A stretch of 64,000 nucleotides of DNA from Macrostomum lignano (lineage: Eukaryota), in contig NIVC01001335.1 in the NCBI GenBank assembly GCA_002269645.1, positions 62,001 through 126,000 on the forward strand. Reading direction: 5' to 3'. Both the position numbers and the translations under genes were made by a program. Below, in pieces: positions 56,562 to 64,000 of the stretch (its first letter is position 1; the number at the start of each line of letters is the position of its first letter). The notes under the pieces are model-generated. The model was not told where the DNA came from. It saw nothing but the letters and a program-made list of their open reading frames with translations, and ran no database searches.

Positions 56562-56998
56562 CTGGCGCCCCTGGTGCTGGCGCAACTGGTGCTGGCGCCC
56601 CTGGTGCTGGCGCCCCTGGTGCTGGCGCCCCTGGTGCTGGCGCCCCTGGTGCTGGCGCCCCTGGTGCTGGCGCCCCTGGTGCTGGCGCCCCTGGTGCTGG
56701 CGCCCCTGGTGCTGGCGCCCCTGGTGCTGGCGCCCCTGGTGCTGGCGCCCTGGTGCTGGCGCCCCTGGTGCTGGCGCCCCTGGTGCTGGCGCCCCTGGTG
56801 CTGGCGCCCCTGGTGCTGGCGCCCCTGGTGCTGGCGCCCCTGGTGCTGGCGCCCCTGGTGCTAAAGCCCCTGGTGCTAAAGCCCCTGGTGCTAAAGCCCC
56901 TGGTGCTAAAGCCCCTGGTGCTAAAGCCCCTGGTGCTAAAGCCCCTGGTGCTAAAGCCCCTGGTGCTAAAGCCCCTGGTGCTAAAGCCCTGGTGCTTT
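56562..56998. repeat. 15-bp array (GGCGCCCCTGGTGCT), switching to AAAGCCCCTGGTGCT at about 56862
   Basis: Visible; explains the GAPGA/LAPLV ORFs. Confidence 0.97.
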
Positions 56999-57726
56999 TA
57001 AAGATTATATTAACGCGGTTTAGGATACAAATAGGTGAAAGGCGAAATATCAGTAATAATGATAACAAAAATCTGTGTGCATCCTGGCGCAAAGCCTTCG
57101 GCGACACGGCACTCACACACAAGCTCACATTGAAACAAACAAGTTGAAACAGACAAAAAACAAGTTGCAAAAAGTACTTTTCTGAGATCAGATTGATAAG
57201 TTTTCAAGTACCAGGGTTAAATTCTTAAAGAATTGTCGAGTCTGCCTGCCGCAGCGCCCCCCCCCCCTGCAGTCTGGCTGACTAATTGGCACAAACTGAC
57301 AAGCTTAGCGACAATAAACAGGGATCACAGGCTGGGTGCTACCTGCGTCAGCCACCCCTCACTGCTTGAAATGATTGGGAAGCAAGACTGGGAGCAAAAG
57401 TCTTCACCTTTACCTGCTTCTGCTGCTTCGGGCGCCTGCTGTGGACCTGCAATTGGCTACGGCTTGGGGAGTTTCCAGTAGTGACTGGGAGGTCCGCACC
57501 CCCTGTGCAGAGCAACTCTCTGATCCCACTCGCTAGAGGGGGTCGCAGAATATTGGGAAAATAAACTTGCAGTGGATACGGTAGTGAGGCAATTGCGATG
57601 CGGAGCTCCGCGAGGCTGGGAGGGGCTGTTCTTAGGAGGGAGGATCGCTGGAAGTGAATTTCTGTCACTGTCGAGGATAAATAAGGTGATGGGAAGTCAC
57701 AGCACCGGTGACCTCTGACCTTGGAA

Positions 57727-58261
<535 letters not shown>

Positions 58262-58264
<3 letters not shown>

Positions 58265-58389
58265 GACCGCTCGCCAGACAATTTAGGAGAGAATTGGTGC
58301 GGCTAATGCTTCTTGCTATTGTGTGAAATTCCCGAGTAGTCACGTGCTCTTTTAATTAAATTCAGCTTGCAATATTATTGATATCCCAC

Positions 58390-58391
<2 letters not shown>
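58262..58391 (+). mobile_element. Dispersed ~125-bp repeat preceding a (TATC)n tract (copy 2)
   Basis: TCTGACCGCT...AATGCTTCTTGCTATTGTGTGAAATTCCCGAGTAGTCACGTGCTCTTTTAATTAAA aligns to 39985-40110. Confidence 0.72.
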
Positions 58392-58733
<342 letters not shown>

Positions 58734-59858
58734 TAAAATTAACTTATCAGAAGAGGCCAGGCCACGACTCTCCCAGAGAGAGGCAGCCGTCTCTCACTCA
58801 GCCGGTCGATTTCGCCGCCGTGACGGCAGGCAGTCAAAGTGGCTGCAGTGGCTGCAGTGGCTGCAGTGGCTGCAGTGGATGCTTCTATCAGTTTAGCGCG
58901 CTGATAGGTTTGTAAAAAAACTTTTTTCGGAGAAAATGGGAATCCACTATTTGCAGGGGATTCAGCAGCAGTGGAGTGATGGGGAAAACACGGAGCTGCT
59001 GGGAGAATCCGCAAGGCGCACTGACAGACAGCTGTCAGTCGGGTTGCCTCGGCACTCTGCTGTTCCATCTCTGCATTCGATTGGCAAAAAAACTGGGGGC
59101 TCTGTCATTTTCATACCGATTTCAAAATTCGAATTTTTTGTTTGAGATTCTTTTAAACGGCGGCGTGGGAAAGTCGGTCCAGTTTGAATTTGGGTCACGG
59201 ACGGCGGGGCCCGTAAAAATGTTTTTAGAATAACTGGCTCCTGCCTGAAGGAGGGCTCGTGTAATTGAAGGTTCTGCTTGCTGGCGAGTCCCTGTGGCCC
59301 CGGGTTTTCCTAGAAAAGCAGAAATTCGTCGCAATAGAAAGTGAGAGGGCAAGGGGGGTCAGTAGCTGTGAGGCGGGGTCAGATGAGCTTCCCTTGCCAG
59401 AGCTTCTCCATAGCGATACACCTGTCTCGTCCCGTGAGACAGGAAGTGAAAATCCGCAGAAACTCCCCAACACACCCGGCCTTGAATTGCAGGATTGAAA
59501 TCCCATACCAGAGTCTCCATTGTCTGTCGCCTCCCCACCGCCTCAATTTTCAGGTCCCTTCCAGACCGACAGCGCAACGGCCTGGCGTCCGTCTCTCTGC
59601 CACTGAAACCGGGAGGAAGGCCGCGCATTGGCGGACTCCGGGGGTCCCCGCAGCCTCATTGGTCCGTGGGCCAAGCAGAGCGCCTGTGAGAGAGACAGGG
59701 AGGGAGGGCTGGCCAACATAAACTCTGCAGCGTTCAGCCTCCAGTCCCGCAGCCTTTGTGTCTCTTCGCTTTCCAGCCTCATCGCTCGCCTGTTTAAACC
59801 AGGAAGCTCGCAAAGTGACGGCGAGAGGCGAATCCCAGCTCATTCTTAGAAACTGACC

Positions 59859-62331
59859 ATGCCGCCGCTGCTGCGCCTCCTCCTGCTGCAGCTGCTGGTG
59901 GCTGCCGGGGCGCTCGCCCAGACTCGGACGGTCACCCTCAACGTCGAGGAGAAAACCGCGGTGGACACCCCGGTCGGCACCCTGAACGCGCAGCCAGCCG
60001 GCGGCAGCTACTTCGTCAAGGACGGCTACTTCGCGGTAAACCAGGACACCGGAGTCGTCACCGTGAAGGCGCCGATCGACCGGGACCTTGACGCAGCTGA
60101 GCTGTGCAACTTGAAGCCGGCGCCAATTAACGGCAGCTGCGTCCGCGAGTTCACCGTCATGTACGACGGCGGCAGGTTCATCCTGGTGCGCATCGGCATT
60201 GCGGACAGGAACGACCACAGCCCGCAGTGGGGCGTCTCTCGGCTGGACGTCTCCTTCCCGGAGAACGTTCGGCCCAACACAGCGCGCAGCATCAGTCCGA
60301 CGGCCACCGACCCCGACCTGGGCCGAAACTCGGTCACCGCCTACCGGATGCGGCCCGACTCTCCCAGCTTCCGGCTCGAGGTGGCCACCGATCCGATCAC
60401 GGGCGCGTTGGTGCCCAAGCTGGTCGTACAACAGGAGTTGGACCGCGAGATCACGGCGTTTTACAACTTCACGCTGACCGCTGAGGACGGCGGCGGCCGC
60501 CAGACCTCCGTGCCGCTGACCGTGACGGTGCTTGACGTCAACGATGAGAGTCCGGTGTTCCAGCAGAACGCCTACGCGGGCAGCGTTCGCGAGGACGCCA
60601 GCAACGGCTGGACGGTGCTGACGGTGCTCGCCACCGACAAGGACATCGGGCTGAACGGCAACGTGTCTTACCGGTTCGCCACTGAGACCCCTAAGACCAT
60701 CAGATCCGCGTTCGACATCGGCCTGTACAGCGGCAGCATCTTCGTGAGGGACTCCAGCAAGCTGGACTATGAGACCGACAAGCAGTACGAGTTCAGCGTG
60801 GTTGCCAGGGACGCCGGCTCCGACCCCAAAGAGGACCGGGCCAGCGTCATCATCAACGTCATCGACGTCAACGACCAGAAGCCGGAGATCGAGCTGTACT
60901 GGGACAAGGCAGTCACCGTGATGGAGAACAAAGTCAACGCCACGGTTGTCACTTTGATGGTGTCGGACAAGGATGCTGGGCAGGCCGGGGAGTTCGACTG
61001 CTCCATCACGGACCGGGAGCAGTACTTCACCCTGACGAAGCTCAACACGGTGCAGAGCCGCGTGTTCTACCGAATGGCCACCAAGGTCGGCCTGGACCGC
61101 GAGGAGTTCGCGGTGCAGAACCCCACGGTGTCCTGCACGGACCGCGGCCTGCCGCCGCTGACCAACTCGCTGCCCGTCACTGTCCAGGTGCTCGACGAGA
61201 ACGACAGCCCGCCAGTGTTTGTCAGCGGAGGCGGCTACTTCAGGAAGGAGTTCGCCGAGGGCAACTCGCCCGGCGACCAGGTGCTCAACGTCACCGCCGT
61301 CGACCGGGACGTCGGCGAGAACGCGCGGCTGACCTACCAGATTGTGTGGAAGTCCTCCGAGACCAGCGCCAACCCCTTCGAGATCGACGCAAACGGACTC
61401 ATCCGAGCTCGCGAGACGCTCGACCGCGAGCGGAACCCGGCCGGCTTCGAGTTCTCCGTCACCGCCAGCGACGGGCCGCACGTAGCCACCGCCACCGTGT
61501 CGATTCCCCTTATCGACATCAACGACAACCCACCCGTGTTCGACCGGCAGCTGTACCAGTTCCGCGTCACCGAGACCGACAGCACCGGCCAGCACGTCGG
61601 CGATTTGAACGCCACGGACGCAGACGCTGGCAGCAATGGGCTGGTCCGCTTCGCGCTGCACCCGGCAGAGGTCGGCGTGCCGTTCCAGCTGCCCAGCGAG
61701 GGGCCCTCGATCTACACGCTGCACCCCATCGACCGCGAGTTCCGCGCCTCCTATCAGTTCCGCGTGATCGCCTTCGACCAGGGAGCCACCGACAGGAAGA
61801 CCGCCACGGCCACCGTCAGCGTTGTCGTGGCCGACGTGAACGACTGCGACCCGGTGTTCCAGTTCCCCACGCCCGCCGGCGACTCCGAGGTCCGGCTGTC
61901 CTACCAGGAGCCGTCGGACTTTCAGGTGGCCGAGATTCGAGCCACGGACGCGGACGCTGGCGCGAACAGCAAGCTGACGTTCAGCCTCAAGCAGGGCAAC
62001 CTGTACGAGCGGTTCAGCATCGACCCGGACTCCGGCAAGCTGTACGTGAAGAAGCCGATGAGCCGCAGTGACATGGGCGTCACCAGGCTGACCATCACCG
62101 CCACTGACTCGGGCAGTCCGCAGCGCTCGGCCGAGGCCGCCCTGAAGATCCGCATCGATGACCGGCCGCCGACCAGCCTGCTGAAGGACGCGTGGTCAGC
62201 GGACATGGAGACCAACAAGCTGATCATCATCTGCATTGTGGTGGCCACCGGAGTCATCTGCGCCATTCTCATCACGGCCATCTGCCTCATGGCCAGGAAG
62301 CAGCCCTGCTCTGCCGGCCACATCAGTCACG
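59859..62331 (+). CDS. PCDH: Protocadherin, large first coding exon: signal peptide, 7 cadherin repeats, TM helix; cytoplasmic exons not identified
   Basis: Signal peptide MPPLLRLLLLQLLVAAGALA; six DxNDxxP linkers (DRNDHSP, DVNDESP, DVNDQKP, DENDSPP, DINDNPP, DVNDCDP) plus DRE/LDYE and AxDxD motifs; TM LIIICIVVATGVICAILITAICLMA; donor GTGAGC at 62332, so the ORF tail beyond 62331 is probably intronic. Confidence 0.95.
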
Positions 62332-64000
62332 GTGAGCTGCCTAGCCTCCTTGCTACTCACCCAGTTGTAGCTTTTTCCCACAGTTTTGCTCTAATTGGGA
62401 GATTTTTGCTCCACGCGATCTGCGCCGGCACAATGGGAGGAGGGCGACACGGGGTCTACCTGGTGTGTATCGATCCCGCAGGCTTCCGGGACTGACCCGT
62501 GCCCGGTGTCTCAAGCCCCTCTTCTGTCTTTCTCTCCCCTGCCTCCCCAGCCCAGCTTGTCTGCGGAAGCTTCACCTGAGAAGAGGAGACACACAAATCT
62601 CTTCTTCACGCGATTTCAAACTTTGCTCAGCCTAATTTTCGTTCGCGTCTTCCTTTTTTTCTTATTTCGAGAAGCAGAAAAGTCCAGCCGAGCTGGGGCC
62701 GCACAATGCCTCTTGGGATTTTTCTCTCGAAAAAAATAAGAAACTACCCATAACTCATTTAGAAGGACCAGCCGGTGCTTCCTTTTTTGAGCGATGACGC
62801 CCGGGGTGTGGAGAGAGGAGAGATGAGAGAAAAGTTCTAAGGCTAAAAAATTCTTTAACCCCCCCCCCAGCGTCTCCTTCAGCGGCTTATCGCCAAGTAG
62901 CGGCTCCGCGGCTTTCTTAGAAAACCTGGGGCAGGGGGAGGACCGAATTTGTAGAGCTGCGGACAGGCAGCTCAGGTAAGGCTCAGGTGTACATGCGAAA
63001 CCACCTGCTGGCACCCAGCCTATACAACCACTTCTTCAAGCCTCCCCCTTGCTGAGCTGAGGCCCTCTAAAGATCTCGTCCTCTTTCCTACTCTGAGCAC
63101 TGTGGAGCACAAGGGCCTGGGCAAGGCCGCATGCGTCAGCCACAGGCCTGACGTGTTTGAACAGCGATACCCCTCTGAGGCCCCCCGGGGCGCTCTTAGC
63201 ACCAATAGCTGTTTCTCTAAGGGTAATGGGCCTTGGCTAAAGCTAATGTTAGCCGCCCCCCAGACCAAGGAATCTGACAGATGGAGGGCGGGGAGCAGGC
63301 GATTTTGATAGATTGATGCGCGTAATGCTCACTGTTGACAGGGCTGTCACCGGACCGGGGCGCAGCCAGTGAGAACTGCCAGTTCTTCTGACTGACTGAC
63401 TGAGCTAACAAATGGGATCAAATGGGAAATTATAGAGATCCCAAATAGTGGCTGGCTTGGAGAGTAAAACTTCTAGCCTGCAAGCTCGAGTGGGACTCGC
63501 CTCACTTGGCCAAAAGTTCCTTCCCAAGTTTTAATCGGCTGGTTGCCATGGGACTCGCTGGCAAGGTGGGGACGGAGCACGATAGATGGGGAGTAAAATC
63601 CCATCAAGCACAGCCCGAACTTTCTCTCAGCTCAGACAGGGCCGAAGCTCCAAACCTCAGCTTCCCAGCTTCATCAGCTCGAGCCCGCTGGCCAAATCAG
63701 GTCCGAGAGTCGCCACTCCGCATTTGTCATTAGCATCTTATCAAATTCCCGAAGCCGCTTCCCAAAATGGGAAATTTCTCCCCGCCGTGCCAGCTCCGGT
63801 GAGCGAGTTCGCACTTGTCCCCCGCCGCTTGCAAACAGGGAGATAAAAACTCAGCAACAGCCCGACCTTGTCTGCAGAAAGAGAAAATTCCTCATAGTCA
63901 TCTTTAACGGGTCGAATTTCTAAAAGATTTCTGTTGAAGAGCTTCATCAGGATGCTGTGAGCTGCTCAAATATTTGCCTTTTCTTTTCCTGAGCGTGCGA

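Noticed and set aside
59550-61724. 724-aa antisense ORF
   Set aside because: Shadow of the GC3-rich protocadherin exon; no recognisable motifs.

Overview
This is an animal (invertebrate) genomic window, not prokaryotic. Innexin and protocadherin genes, GC-rich coding exons, GT-AG introns and about 40% tandem-repeat content (rough hand sum of the arrays listed) suggest a lophotrochozoan, possibly a Macrostomum-like flatworm; this assignment is inference. Supported genes: the first coding exon of an innexin (-, 3716-4022); a complete 3-exon mitochondrial phosphate carrier SLC25A3/PiC (-, 26432-26172, 24686-24083, 22651-22485; 343 aa); the large ectodomain exon of a 7-repeat protocadherin (+, 59859-62331); and a coding-like 113-aa orphan ORF (+, 19390-19731). 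Mobile DNA: a 5'-truncated RT-RNase H LINE with a 9-bp TSD and (TAAG)n tail (9697-11500), a tRNA-derived SINE family (three relatives, one of which has expanded into a 54-bp minisatellite), two TIR/MITE elements, and a short dispersed element attached to (TATC)n tracts. More than 35 micro/minisatellite arrays occur, many starting within tens of bases of splice sites and several sharing GTCAC or GCGCC cores. Most long ORFs in the supplied track are artefacts of these repeats. The main leads are how the intronic minisatellites arise, and two CpG-free, TpA-rich blocks upstream of PiC.
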